This document shows, one piece after another, positions 47,263 through 56,388 of a stretch of DNA of 64,000 nucleotides. Position numbers and translations under genes: made by a program. Positions within the stretch are counted from its first letter, which is position 1, and every line of letters starts with the position of its first letter. Source of the DNA: a virus; IMG/VR virus record IMGVR_UViG_3300031787_011232, positions 4,768 through 68,767 of that record. One strand, 5' to 3'. A model generated the notes under the pieces. That model ran no database searches, was not told the origin of the DNA, and worked only from the letters and a program-made list of their open reading frames with translations.

Positions 47263-48885
47263 ATGGCAGGATTCGTAGAAAATAATAAACCTTCAAGCCC
47301 GGGAGCTATAGATCGGATAAGACAATCCGTAAAAAATCTAAGCACCTTTGGTATGAAGTACGAAGATATGGTCATAAGAAATTCTCAAGCAGTAGGGGTG
47401 ACTGAGGCCAGCTTTTTAAACAAAGACGGACACGCAGGAAAAGAAGATGAAAATTTATCGTGGGCTTTAGCAAAACAAGACGTAACTACAAAACAGTATA
47501 TTACCTATTTCGATAAGGATTATAAAGGAAAAAGAGATTACTTAAGAAAATTTTCTCTAAACCCCGAGATAGAATGGGTTTTAGATACTATCTGCGACGA
47601 ATCAATCTCTTACGACCCTGCAAATTATTTTGCTTATCCTTCTTTCTTAGATCTTACCGACATAAATGAAAAATTTAAGAATGATCTTTATGATTCATAT
47701 AAAAAATTATATGATATATGGGGATTTTCCGATGATATAACCGCTTGGCAATATTTTAGGCAGTTTTTAGTAGATGGATTTTTATCTTTCGAAATAATAT
47801 TTGACGATGATGGGAAAAATATAATAGGATTTAAAGAATTAGATCCGGTTACTCTTGTTCCTAGTGTAGAAAAACAGCCAGATGGAAGTTTTTTAAGTAC
47901 TTGGACCCAATATCCTCAGGACCCTAAAAAAAGAAGAATTCTATACGAACCCCAGATAATATACATCTCTTATGCTAAGGGGAATGCTATTTCTAGAATA
48001 AGTTACGTAGAAAGATTGATAAGACCTTTTAATATTCTAAGAACAATAGAATACACCAGAGTTATATGGTCGGTTATGAATTCTCAATTTAGAATGAAAA
48101 TGACAGTTCCGGTTGGAACTAAATCGATGCAGAAAGGTATGCAAACTCTAGGAGAATTAATGAGTATTTATAAGGAGGATTTTGATTTAAATGATCAGAC
48201 CGGGGAATTAATGATAGACGGTAAACCTAAAATACAGTTTTATAAGAATTATTTAATGCCTTCGGGACAAGGAGGAACCCCTACTATAGAGCCAATAAGT
48301 AACGAAGGGCCAAATTTAAATGATTCTTCTCCTTTAAATTATTTTTTCGATAGATTTATACAGGAAAGTAAGATTCCCCCATCTAGATTTTCTACTCCCG
48401 AGGGCGGAAGCTCGGCCGCTTACTCGAACGTCGCGGAAGGTTTCGATAAAGACGAGATAAGATTTTTTAAATTTATAGAAAGACTAAGAACAGTTTTTCA
48501 AGATATCATGATAAAACCTCTTTGGGTTCAAATGGTTAAAAAACACAAAGAGTTAGAAAAAGATTTCGTATTTAAATCCCAATTGGGTTTAGATTTTTTT
48601 TCGGACAATCCGTTTAAGCTAAATCAGGAGATAGATGTTATAAACAAAAGAAAAGAATCCGTAACTGCTATGATTGGATTAATGGGAGACGACGAAAAAC
48701 CATATTTTTCCGTTCCCTTTCTAATAGAAAATTTCTTAGGAGTAGATAAAAAAGATCTAAAAGTAAACGAAGAAGTAAAAGAAAGAAAGAAAAAAGAAAA
48801 AGAAAAAGAAGGTAAAAAAGAGGGGGAAGAAGGAGCTGCAGAAGGAGCTGAAGGAGGAGGAGAAACCCCGGCGGTAACAATATAA
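47263..48885 (+). CDS. gp20: Portal protein, paralog 1
   Basis: PEIEWVLDTICDESI, FRQFLVDG, ELDP, SYVERLIRPFNILR, KIPPSRF, DEIRFFKFIERLR. Confidence 0.88.
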   Translation: MAGFVENNKPSSPGAIDRIRQSVKNLSTFGMKYEDMVIRNSQAVGVTEASFLNKDGHAGKEDENLSWALAKQDVTTKQYITYFDKDYKGKRDYLRKFSLNPEIEWVLDTICDESISYDPANYFAYPSFLDLTDINEKFKNDLYDSYKKLYDIWGFSDDITAWQYFRQFLVDGFLSFEIIFDDDGKNIIGFKELDPVTLVPSVEKQPDGSFLSTWTQYPQDPKKRRILYEPQIIYISYAKGNAISRISYVERLIRPFNILRTIEYTRVIWSVMNSQFRMKMTVPVGTKSMQKGMQTLGELMSIYKEDFDLNDQTGELMIDGKPKIQFYKNYLMPSGQGGTPTIEPISNEGPNLNDSSPLNYFFDRFIQESKIPPSRFSTPEGGSSAAYSNVAEGFDKDEIRFFKFIERLRTVFQDIMIKPLWVQMVKKHKELEKDFVFKSQLGLDFFSDNPFKLNQEIDVINKRKESVTAMIGLMGDDEKPYFSVPFLIENFLGVDKKDLKVNEEVKERKKKEKEKEGKKEGEEGAAEGAEGGGETPAVTI

Positions 48886-48887
48886 AA
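48823..48887 (+). repeat. Direct repeat copy 1 (portal 1 3' end)
   Basis: GGGGAAGAAGGAGCTGCAGAAGGAGCTGAAGGAGGA(GGA)GAAACCCCGGCGGTAACAATATAAAA. Confidence 0.92.
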
Positions 48888-48892
48888 AAGAA

Positions 48893-50512
48893 ATGGCAGG
48901 ATTTTTAGATCATCAACAACCAAATACATCAGCTTTCGGTAATATTATAAGAAATCTGGGAAAGATATCTAGTTTCGGGATGAAATATGACGATATGGTT
49001 GTTAGAAATTCTCAAGCTATCGGTAAAACTGAAAGTTCTTTTTTTAATTCCGAAGGGACTGGATTCACCCAAGATGATGCTTTTAAATGGATACTTTCAC
49101 ATCAAGATGTAAAGATAAGAAAATATATTGCTTATTTTGATAGAGATTATATAGAAAAAAGAAAATTTCTTAGAAAATTTTCTCTTAACGGGGAAATAGA
49201 ATTTATATTAGATACTGTTTGCGATGAATCTATAACATATGACGATAGAAATTTCTTTGCTACCGCTTCTACTTTAAATATAGATTTAAAGGATAAAATA
49301 TTAGAAAAAATAACAGATCACTATAATAGGCTTTATAATGTATTTGGATTTCAACAATCTAATTTAGCCTGGCAGTATTTTAGACAACTTTTGATAGATG
49401 GATTTTTAGCTTTCGAAATCATTTATGATAACAAAGGGAAAGAAATTATAGGATTTAAAGAATTAGATCCTACGTCATTACAACCGGTTGTCGAAAAAAT
49501 AGGGGAAAAAGATTATCAGCAATTCTGGATACAGTACCCTGCAAATCCACAGATGTCCAGAAAACTTACTAACGAACAAATAGTTTACATATCATATGCA
49601 AAAGGAAATTCTGTTTCTAGAGTTAGTTATGCAGAAAGATTAATAAGATCTTATAACATTCTTAAAATAATGGAAAACACCAGAATTATTTGGAATGTTA
49701 TGAATGCTTCATATAGACTTAAATTCGTAATTCCTACGGGAACTCAATCTCAACAAAAAGCTTTACAGACTCTAGGGCAAATTATGTCGAATTACAAAGA
49801 AGATATATCCATAAATGACAATTCTGGGGAATTAACGATAAACGGTAGACCCAAAGTTCAATTTTATAAAAATTACCTTTTTCCAGAAAAAGATGGTCAA
49901 ACCCCCGATATATCTTCCTTAAATCCTAGTGGTCCTGATTTTAATATAATGGACAACGTTCTCTATTTCTTTAATAAATTAAAGATGGATTCGAAGATCC
50001 CTTATGCTAGATTTTCTTCCCGGTCTTCAGCTCCTATAAACTATCAGACTGGAGTAGATCAGATGCAAAGAGACGAAATAAGATTTGAAAAATTCTTAAG
50101 AAGACTTAGATCTATTTTTCAAGAAATATTAGTTAAGCCTCTTTACATCCAGATGTGTTTAGATCATCCCGAACTGGCAAAAGATAGGAATTTTAAAAGT
50201 AAATTAGGGTTAAACTATCACAGAGAAAGTGAATTGGAAGAAATGATACAAATGGGGGGATTCACTAAAAGAATAGAATTTGTTAACGGATTATCCGAGA
50301 TAAAAATGAAAATAGGAGAAACCGAAACTCCTTATTTCGATAAAGAATTTCTCATTAATAGATTTTTGGGAATTACTCCGGATCAAGCTAAAATGAATGA
50401 AGACTATAAGAAAAAAGAGGAGAAAGAAGCTAAAAAAGCGGAGAAAAAAGGAGGGGAAGAAGGAGCTGCAGAAGGAGCTGAAGGAGGAGAAACCCCGGCG
50501 GTAACAATATAA
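48893..50512 (+). CDS. gp20: Portal protein, paralog 2
   Basis: GEIEFILDTVCDESI, FRQLLIDG, ELDP, KIPYARF, RDEIRFEKFLRRLR. Confidence 0.88.
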   Translation: MAGFLDHQQPNTSAFGNIIRNLGKISSFGMKYDDMVVRNSQAIGKTESSFFNSEGTGFTQDDAFKWILSHQDVKIRKYIAYFDRDYIEKRKFLRKFSLNGEIEFILDTVCDESITYDDRNFFATASTLNIDLKDKILEKITDHYNRLYNVFGFQQSNLAWQYFRQLLIDGFLAFEIIYDNKGKEIIGFKELDPTSLQPVVEKIGEKDYQQFWIQYPANPQMSRKLTNEQIVYISYAKGNSVSRVSYAERLIRSYNILKIMENTRIIWNVMNASYRLKFVIPTGTQSQQKALQTLGQIMSNYKEDISINDNSGELTINGRPKVQFYKNYLFPEKDGQTPDISSLNPSGPDFNIMDNVLYFFNKLKMDSKIPYARFSSRSSAPINYQTGVDQMQRDEIRFEKFLRRLRSIFQEILVKPLYIQMCLDHPELAKDRNFKSKLGLNYHRESELEEMIQMGGFTKRIEFVNGLSEIKMKIGETETPYFDKEFLINRFLGITPDQAKMNEDYKKKEEKEAKKAEKKGGEEGAAEGAEGGETPAVTI

Positions 50513-50514
50513 AA
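50453..50514 (+). repeat. Direct repeat copy 2 (portal 2 3' end)
   Basis: Identical to 48823-48887 except one GGA codon. Confidence 0.92.
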
Positions 50515-50537
50515 TCTAAAATATTTAAAATTTAATT

Positions 50538-50565
50538 AAATAGGGAAACTTTCCCTATTTTTTTT
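50538..50565 (+). terminator. Intrinsic terminator overlapping a class A promoter
   Basis: AAATAGGGAA-ACT-TTCCCTATTT plus T-run. Confidence 0.8.
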
Positions 50566-50572
50566 GTATTAT
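50545..50572 (+). promoter_or_regulatory. Class A promoter candidate, GAAAC-N17-TATTAT
   Basis: Upstream of clamp loader. Confidence 0.5.
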
Positions 50573-50589
50573 GTCTATAAAAATAAAAT

Positions 50590-51534
50590 ATGATACAAGA
50601 ACTATTAACGGAAAAACTAAGACCAAGAGAACTAAAACATATGATCCTCCCTCAGAGAATTAATAAAATTTTTCTAAATGGATTAGGACACAATGTACTT
50701 TTATCTGGCTCCCCCGGATGCGGAAAAACTACATTAGCTAAAATACTTGCGTCTTCTTTTCCCCATCTATTTATAAACGTTTCCGATGAAAGTTCAGTAG
50801 ATACTATTAGAAATAAGATAAACGATTTCTGTTCTAGCGTATCTGTTATGGATGGAAAATCTTCTAAGAAGATAGTGGTGCTTGACGAGTTTGACGGAGC
50901 ATCAGATCAATTCTATAAAGCATTAAGAGGAACGATAGAAAAATTTGCGGCTAACACTAGATTTATAGCGACTTGCAACTACATAAATAAAATTCCAGAA
51001 GCTATTCAGAGTAGATTCGAAGTTATAGATTTTAACCCTATAGATAGTTCAGAAGAGAATTCTTTAAAAGAAGAATGGAAAAGCAGAATAAGAATAATAC
51101 TTAATAAGATAGGAATTTCTATAGACGACGAATCATTAGAAACTTTTCAAAAAAATTATTATCCAGATTTTAGATCTGCTCTTAACAGAATACAGACCTG
51201 GATGATAGAAGGGGTAAAAGAAGTGGATTCCCAAAAAATAAAAGAGTTCGGGTGGTCTTATGAGGATCTATATAAAATGATAGTTGATTCTAAAGACCCA
51301 GTAAAAAATTATCAAATTATAGTAGGTGAATATTCCGGAAAAGTAGATGATATAATGTCCGCTTTAGGAAATGAGTTTATAGACTGGATAATAGGAAATA
51401 GACCGGAATTATCTAAAATAATTCCTGGAGTTATAATTCTAGTAGCAAGTCATCAATCACAGAGAATTCAGGTAATAGATCCTATGATTTCTCTTCTTTC
51501 TTTATTTTGTAGCATACAAAAATTAATGGAATGA
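50590..51534 (+). CDS. gp44: Sliding clamp loader AAA+ subunit
   Basis: EKLRP, GSPGCGKTT, VLDEFD, FIATCN, IQSRF, YPDFR. Confidence 0.92.
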   Translation: MIQELLTEKLRPRELKHMILPQRINKIFLNGLGHNVLLSGSPGCGKTTLAKILASSFPHLFINVSDESSVDTIRNKINDFCSSVSVMDGKSSKKIVVLDEFDGASDQFYKALRGTIEKFAANTRFIATCNYINKIPEAIQSRFEVIDFNPIDSSEENSLKEEWKSRIRIILNKIGISIDDESLETFQKNYYPDFRSALNRIQTWMIEGVKEVDSQKIKEFGWSYEDLYKMIVDSKDPVKNYQIIVGEYSGKVDDIMSALGNEFIDWIIGNRPELSKIIPGVIILVASHQSQRIQVIDPMISLLSLFCSIQKLME

Positions 51535-52049
51535 AAAGAATAATTATATCCGGAAAAGGTGGATCTGGAAAAGATTACCTTAGAAAAATAATGGAAGGAT
51601 TTGGATTTACCTATTGCAGATCTTACACAACTAGGCCTATAAGAGAAGGAGAGAAAGAAGGAGAAGACTATTTTTTTATAGAAGAAAAAGATATACCCGC
51701 CGAAAAAGAACTCTATGAAAGTGTTTATTTTAACGGGTGGTTTTACGGAACTTCCAAAAAAGAATTTAAAAAATCTAATCTTTTTATAATGACCCCGAAA
51801 GGAATATCTTCTCTGAAGAAAAAAGATAGAAAAGATTCCATAGTAATTTATATCGATTGCGACGAACAATCTAGAAGATCTAGATTGCTAGAAAGAAAAG
51901 ACGCGGATGACGTAGAGAGAAGGATTAAAGCAGACGAGGAAGATTTTAAAGAATTTAAAGACTTTGATCTGGTTATAAACAATTCAAAAAAAGAGGAAAA
52001 TTCTAGTTCCGAATTAATTTCTCTTATAGACTATTTAGTTAAAAAATAA
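51531..52049 (+). CDS. gmk: Guanylate kinase-like protein
   Basis: GKGGSGKD, SYTTRPIREGEKEGEDYFF, FYGT. Confidence 0.85.
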   Translation: MKRIIISGKGGSGKDYLRKIMEGFGFTYCRSYTTRPIREGEKEGEDYFFIEEKDIPAEKELYESVYFNGWFYGTSKKEFKKSNLFIMTPKGISSLKKKDRKDSIVIYIDCDEQSRRSRLLERKDADDVERRIKADEEDFKEFKDFDLVINNSKKEENSSSELISLIDYLVKK

Positions 52050-52051
52050 AA

Positions 52052-52080
52052 GAAATATTATAGATAATTCTTTCTATAAT
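52052..52080 (+). promoter_or_regulatory. Class A promoter candidate, GAAAT-N18-TATAAT
   Basis: Variant upstream of RNase H. Confidence 0.5.
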
Positions 52081-52097
52081 TAAAAATACTAATTATT

Positions 52098-53240
52098 ATG
52101 GTAAACATATGTATAGATGGAAATTATATTTTCCACAAAACTTTTGGAGTATTTGCAGGGTATTCTGGGATAGACCCAGGAAAAACTCTTTCTGATAAAA
52201 AAGATAGATCCCTTTTCATAAGAAAAATAGCAACAGATCTATGTTCTTCCCTAAGAGACCTTCCAACTGGGGGAAGATTAATTTTTACCTCCGATAGCAG
52301 AAGTTGGAGGAAGAAAGTAGAAATAGAAGGGGGAGGATATAAATCCGATAGAATAAAAGACGAAAACGTCGATTGGACTATATTTTTTGAACTGCTACAA
52401 GAATTCGGAAAACATCTAGAAAAGATGGGATTTATTTACTCTAAAGTAGAAGGAGCAGAAGGAGACGATCTTCTTTTGTATTGGAGTGAATATTTTAATT
52501 CAATAGGAGAAAATTGTTTTATAATATCGGGGGATAAAGATTTATATCAGTTAGTAAAAATAAAAAATAATTCCTGGACTTGTACATGGAATACTAACTC
52601 TAAAAGAAATATCTTAAGCATACCTAAAGGATGGAAAGAAAATTGGCTAGAAAATAAATCCGATATTTCTATTTTCAACACGATGGATTTTATAGATTCG
52701 GATAAAGAAAAAATGTCAAACCTTTTGAATAAAATCGAATTAATAGAAATCGAAGATAAAAAATTTATATTTAATAAAGTTTTAGTAGGAGATAAAGGGG
52801 ATTGTGTTCCTAGTGTTTGGGAAACTAAAAAAGGAGAAAAGACCCAAACTTTTACCCAGAAAAAAGCAGATTGTATTATGGAATCTTTTATAGAATCTGA
52901 GTGGTATAATAGAGATGTTATAGAAATAATAGAGGATCAGGATTTTTTAAATTGGATTTCTGGTTTTATACTAAGGACTTCTAAAGATGTAGATTCTTCC
53001 GAAAATAGAGAAAAAGTTATTAAGAATCTAATAAGAAACTTTAATCTCATGTGGTTAAATTCTGAAATGATACCGGAATATGTTACAGAAGAAATGGAAA
53101 AAGAAATAAAAAGAGGAATAGAAATACCTAAAAGAAATATAACAATAGATAGGATAAAAATATTAGAGGGAACAGAATGGATAGCTAGTGAAAATTCTAC
53201 ACCTAAACAATTTGATCCTTTTTCATTTTTTAATTCATAG
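52098..53240 (+). CDS. rnh: T4 RNase H-like 5'-3' exonuclease / flap endonuclease
   Basis: IDGN, SWRK, YK..R, AEGDD, SGDKDLYQL, GDKGD.VP. Confidence 0.88.
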   Translation: MVNICIDGNYIFHKTFGVFAGYSGIDPGKTLSDKKDRSLFIRKIATDLCSSLRDLPTGGRLIFTSDSRSWRKKVEIEGGGYKSDRIKDENVDWTIFFELLQEFGKHLEKMGFIYSKVEGAEGDDLLLYWSEYFNSIGENCFIISGDKDLYQLVKIKNNSWTCTWNTNSKRNILSIPKGWKENWLENKSDISIFNTMDFIDSDKEKMSNLLNKIELIEIEDKKFIFNKVLVGDKGDCVPSVWETKKGEKTQTFTQKKADCIMESFIESEWYNRDVIEIIEDQDFLNWISGFILRTSKDVDSSENREKVIKNLIRNFNLMWLNSEMIPEYVTEEMEKEIKRGIEIPKRNITIDRIKILEGTEWIASENSTPKQFDPFSFFNS

Positions 53241-53246
53241 AAACAA

Positions 53247-53660
53247 ATGCAGCTATTCGATATAATTAAAAAGATGTTTTCGGATAAGAATTGGGGGGAT
53301 GTGGGCAAAAACGATAAAGCAAGGAATTTTTTTATGATTAATCGGATAATGTCTATAAATTTTCCGATACAAGCAAATCAATTTAATCATCTTAAAATAA
53401 ATCCTTCTTCTGCCGTGGACTGGTGGCACGGAACTTTAATTAATCTCTACACCAAGCCTCCGTATTGGATATATACAAAAACTAAGAAAAAAGAAACCCA
53501 GAAATCCGAAAATAAAAAAGATTATTCTGAAGTTGAATTATTTTTAAGAGAAAAATATCAAATTTCAAAAAGGGATTTATTAAATCTTAAAACATTTTAT
53601 CCAGAAAAATATGAAAATTGGGTAAAAGAAATTAGGGAGCAAATAGGAATTAAAAATTAA
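53247..53660 (+). CDS. Possible clamp loader small subunit, gp62-like
   Basis: FMINRIMS...ANQFN...KYQIS resembles T4-like gp62; near gp44. Confidence 0.45.
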   Translation: MQLFDIIKKMFSDKNWGDVGKNDKARNFFMINRIMSINFPIQANQFNHLKINPSSAVDWWHGTLINLYTKPPYWIYTKTKKKETQKSENKKDYSEVELFLREKYQISKRDLLNLKTFYPEKYENWVKEIREQIGIKN

Positions 53661-53663
53661 CCT

Positions 53664-54194
53664 ATGAATAAAGAGAATTCAAAATTAATAGAAAAAACTA
53701 TATCTAGTTTAGATTGGGATTCTATATGCAGTGCAGGAAAAATTTTTAAATTCGGGGTTGGAGAAGGGGTTACTGCAATACCAGGAATGAAAAAAAAGAA
53801 CTACACAGAAGAAATAACTAAGGGAGAATATAAAGCAGAATTAAAAACTCTTCTTAAATACGTAGTAGAAAACGATATAAGTGAATTTATTTATGGACCT
53901 TGGGTTATATTTTGGTTTAACAGCGAGTGGGATTTAGATATAGAAGAAGATGAAGAAGAAATAGAAGATGAAATCCAATTAGGATCTTCTATAGAAGTTA
54001 TCTATTCGCCCCAAAGAATTTGTTTATCGAATATTTCGGGTAAACCTGATTACAGAATAGAAGAATCTGATTTCGATAGATTAGAAAATATGCTTAAAAA
54101 AGCTATAGATTCTGAAAATTATGAGTTGGCTTCAAAAATAAGGGATGTAATTAAAGTTCACAATAGCGAATCCAAAGATAAAAAGGATATATAG
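53664..54194 (+). CDS. Protein with C-terminal UVR (UvrB/C) motif
   Basis: LKKAIDSENYELASKIRDVI. Confidence 0.65.
   Translation: MNKENSKLIEKTISSLDWDSICSAGKIFKFGVGEGVTAIPGMKKKNYTEEITKGEYKAELKTLLKYVVENDISEFIYGPWVIFWFNSEWDLDIEEDEEEIEDEIQLGSSIEVIYSPQRICLSNISGKPDYRIEESDFDRLENMLKKAIDSENYELASKIRDVIKVHNSESKDKKDI
54186..54193 (+). promoter_or_regulatory. Late promoter candidate GATATATA
   Basis: 5 nt before ATG 54199. Confidence 0.6.
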
Positions 54195-54198
54195 ATTA

Positions 54199-54693
54199 AT
54201 GAAACACCTTAAATCTATATACGAGGATTTTGCAGGAGGGGATAACGCTTACGGAGACACATATGGATTCGGAGGGGCTAACGGAGTTCTTAAGATAAAC
54301 TATAAGCCTTTCGATGATTTATCCGTATCCGTAGGAAGAGACCCAAACATTCCAAATAATGTAAAAGGAGCAAAATTCCAGATAGGAGATGCGGTAATAG
54401 GAAAATCCGTAAAATCTAAGGACGATAAAAAATATAATGGAGTAATAGTTAGAGCGTTTAGAACTCCAGATAATAGAGAATACAGATATTTCATACAGGT
54501 CTACAATAAAGGAAAAAAGACAGAAAAAGTAATAGAAATAAAATCCGATAGTATTAAATTTGCTCCAGGCGGGGATCACGGGCACGTAGAAATAGATTCT
54601 AGAGATGGTAGAAATCAGAGTGTTCCTAAAAAGTACAACTCCGATACTGTTTATACATCTAATGAATTAGGTCTCGAAACGACCGGAGGATAA
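54199..54693 (+). CDS. Hypothetical late protein with SH3/KOW-like segment
   Basis: MKHLKSIYE leader; FQIGDAVIGK. Confidence 0.55.
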   Translation: MKHLKSIYEDFAGGDNAYGDTYGFGGANGVLKINYKPFDDLSVSVGRDPNIPNNVKGAKFQIGDAVIGKSVKSKDDKKYNGVIVRAFRTPDNREYRYFIQVYNKGKKTEKVIEIKSDSIKFAPGGDHGHVEIDSRDGRNQSVPKKYNSDTVYTSNELGLETTGG

Positions 54694-54738
54694 AGGAAAC
54701 TATTTTATATTTTTCTTCTAAAAAGAAGAAAGAATAAA

Positions 54739-55641
54739 ATGAATAATATTGGATTTTCCGAAATAACTTATCTTGGATTTCCTCTTTCTTTTAATAATTC
54801 TAAATATTTTTTAAATTCTAAAAAGGATCTTTTGGAACTTATCTACAGATCTCTTTTAGAAAATTCTAAAAAAGGAATAAAAAATATTTGTATAGATTCA
54901 TCTGAGATTGAATTTTCCGAAAATTTTTTTAAGGATTGTTTAGAAGAAGAATTGGAAGAGATTGGGAATCTTTTGAACGGAATAAATAAAATTATAATAT
55001 TACATTCTTCTAAGATATTTTTTTATTGCTCTAAAGAATATTTTTTAGCTTCGCAGATGGAAGAAGTAAAAAGAAAGACTGTAGATCTTCTGAATTCTAT
55101 TTCTAATATTTTTGATTCTTTAGGGATTGATTATCCTTCTATAATAGTAAGAATAGGATCTGCTTATGGGAACAGAAAAGAAACCATGAAATCTTTCTGC
55201 TCAAGAGTTTCTGAATTGAAGCAAGACGTAATATCAAAGATTACAGTAACTAATGATGACAAGCCAAGTCTATTCTCGGTTACGGATCTTCTTTCTGGGG
55301 TTTATTATGAAACCCAAATACCTATAACTTTTAGATTCATGGGTCACGTATTTAATAACGGGGGACTTACTGCTAGAGAAGCTATGTTTCTTTCTAATTC
55401 TACGTGGAAAGGAGAAACTCCTATTTTTATTCATTCCGAATCTAAAGAAAGAGATTCCGAAGGAAATTTTCTTTCTTCTTCGCCTTCTCAATATCTTACC
55501 AATAGAATTCCTACATTTGGATTAGGTCTTAATATCATATTAGAAGTAAATAAGAAAGAAGATGCTTGCTTTAGGTATTCCAGAGAATTACTTTCTTTGG
55601 CTCCTATAATTTTTACTAAAAAAATAAAAAAGAAAAAATGA
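54739..55641 (+). CDS. UvsE (UV damage endonuclease)-like protein with degenerate active site
   Basis: IGSAYGNRKET, TVTNDDKPSLFSV, IPITF, GGLT.REA...STW, HSES. Confidence 0.75.
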   Translation: MNNIGFSEITYLGFPLSFNNSKYFLNSKKDLLELIYRSLLENSKKGIKNICIDSSEIEFSENFFKDCLEEELEEIGNLLNGINKIIILHSSKIFFYCSKEYFLASQMEEVKRKTVDLLNSISNIFDSLGIDYPSIIVRIGSAYGNRKETMKSFCSRVSELKQDVISKITVTNDDKPSLFSVTDLLSGVYYETQIPITFRFMGHVFNNGGLTAREAMFLSNSTWKGETPIFIHSESKERDSEGNFLSSSPSQYLTNRIPTFGLGLNIILEVNKKEDACFRYSRELLSLAPIIFTKKIKKKK

Positions 55642-56345
55642 TAAGAAAATCCGAATTAGATAAATTACTTTATTTTGATTTAGAAACAATCTCTCAATTT
55701 TCTTCGATAGAAGAATTAAAAGAAGAAAATTTTAGACTTTACCAATGCTGGAAAAAAAGAGAAGATTACTATAGAAAATCTTATTCCGATTTATCTGATC
55801 TTAGCTCGAATGAGATATACATGGATAAATCTCCTTTAGAGCCAGAATTTGGAAGAATAGTATGTGCTTCTTTCGGGGTTTTGGAAGAAAATGGAGAGAA
55901 AAGATTTATAAGTTTTTGTCTAGATAATGAGATAGAAATACTGGAAAAATGCAAAAAAATAATAATAAATTCCGAACACAAGGGATTTAGACTTTGCGGA
56001 CATAATGTAAAAGGATTTGATGTTCCTTATCTAGGGAAAAGAATGGTTTACAATAAAATAATTCCCCCTTCTAGTTTAATGGTTTCAAATAAAAAACCTT
56101 GGGAAATAAACATACTAGACACAACCGAATTATTCTCTTTCGGGAACCATATACAGGGAAGATATTTAGGATTGGAAGTTTTGTCCTGCAGCTTAGGAGT
56201 GGAATCCCCAAAAGTAGAAATGGAAGGGTCTAAAGTAAATTCTACTTACTGGGACGAAAAAGATCTGGATAAAATAAGGAGGTATTGCGAATTGGATGTT
56301 GATTCCGTAATAGAAATCCTATCTTCAGTTTCCTTTGATCAATAA
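55638..56345 (+). CDS. DEDD 3'-5' exonuclease (PolB exonuclease-related)
   Basis: FDLET, PEFGRIVC, GHNVKGFDVP, LDT, YCELDV. Confidence 0.88.
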   Translation: MIRKSELDKLLYFDLETISQFSSIEELKEENFRLYQCWKKREDYYRKSYSDLSDLSSNEIYMDKSPLEPEFGRIVCASFGVLEENGEKRFISFCLDNEIEILEKCKKIIINSEHKGFRLCGHNVKGFDVPYLGKRMVYNKIIPPSSLMVSNKKPWEINILDTTELFSFGNHIQGRYLGLEVLSCSLGVESPKVEMEGSKVNSTYWDEKDLDKIRRYCELDVDSVIEILSSVSFDQ

Positions 56346-56362
56346 ACCTCTGTTTTTATATT

Positions 56363-56370
56363 GATATATA
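56363..56370 (+). promoter_or_regulatory. Late promoter candidate GATATATA
   Basis: Upstream of 56389. Confidence 0.65.
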
Positions 56371-56388
56371 CAGTATAAAAATAAAGAT

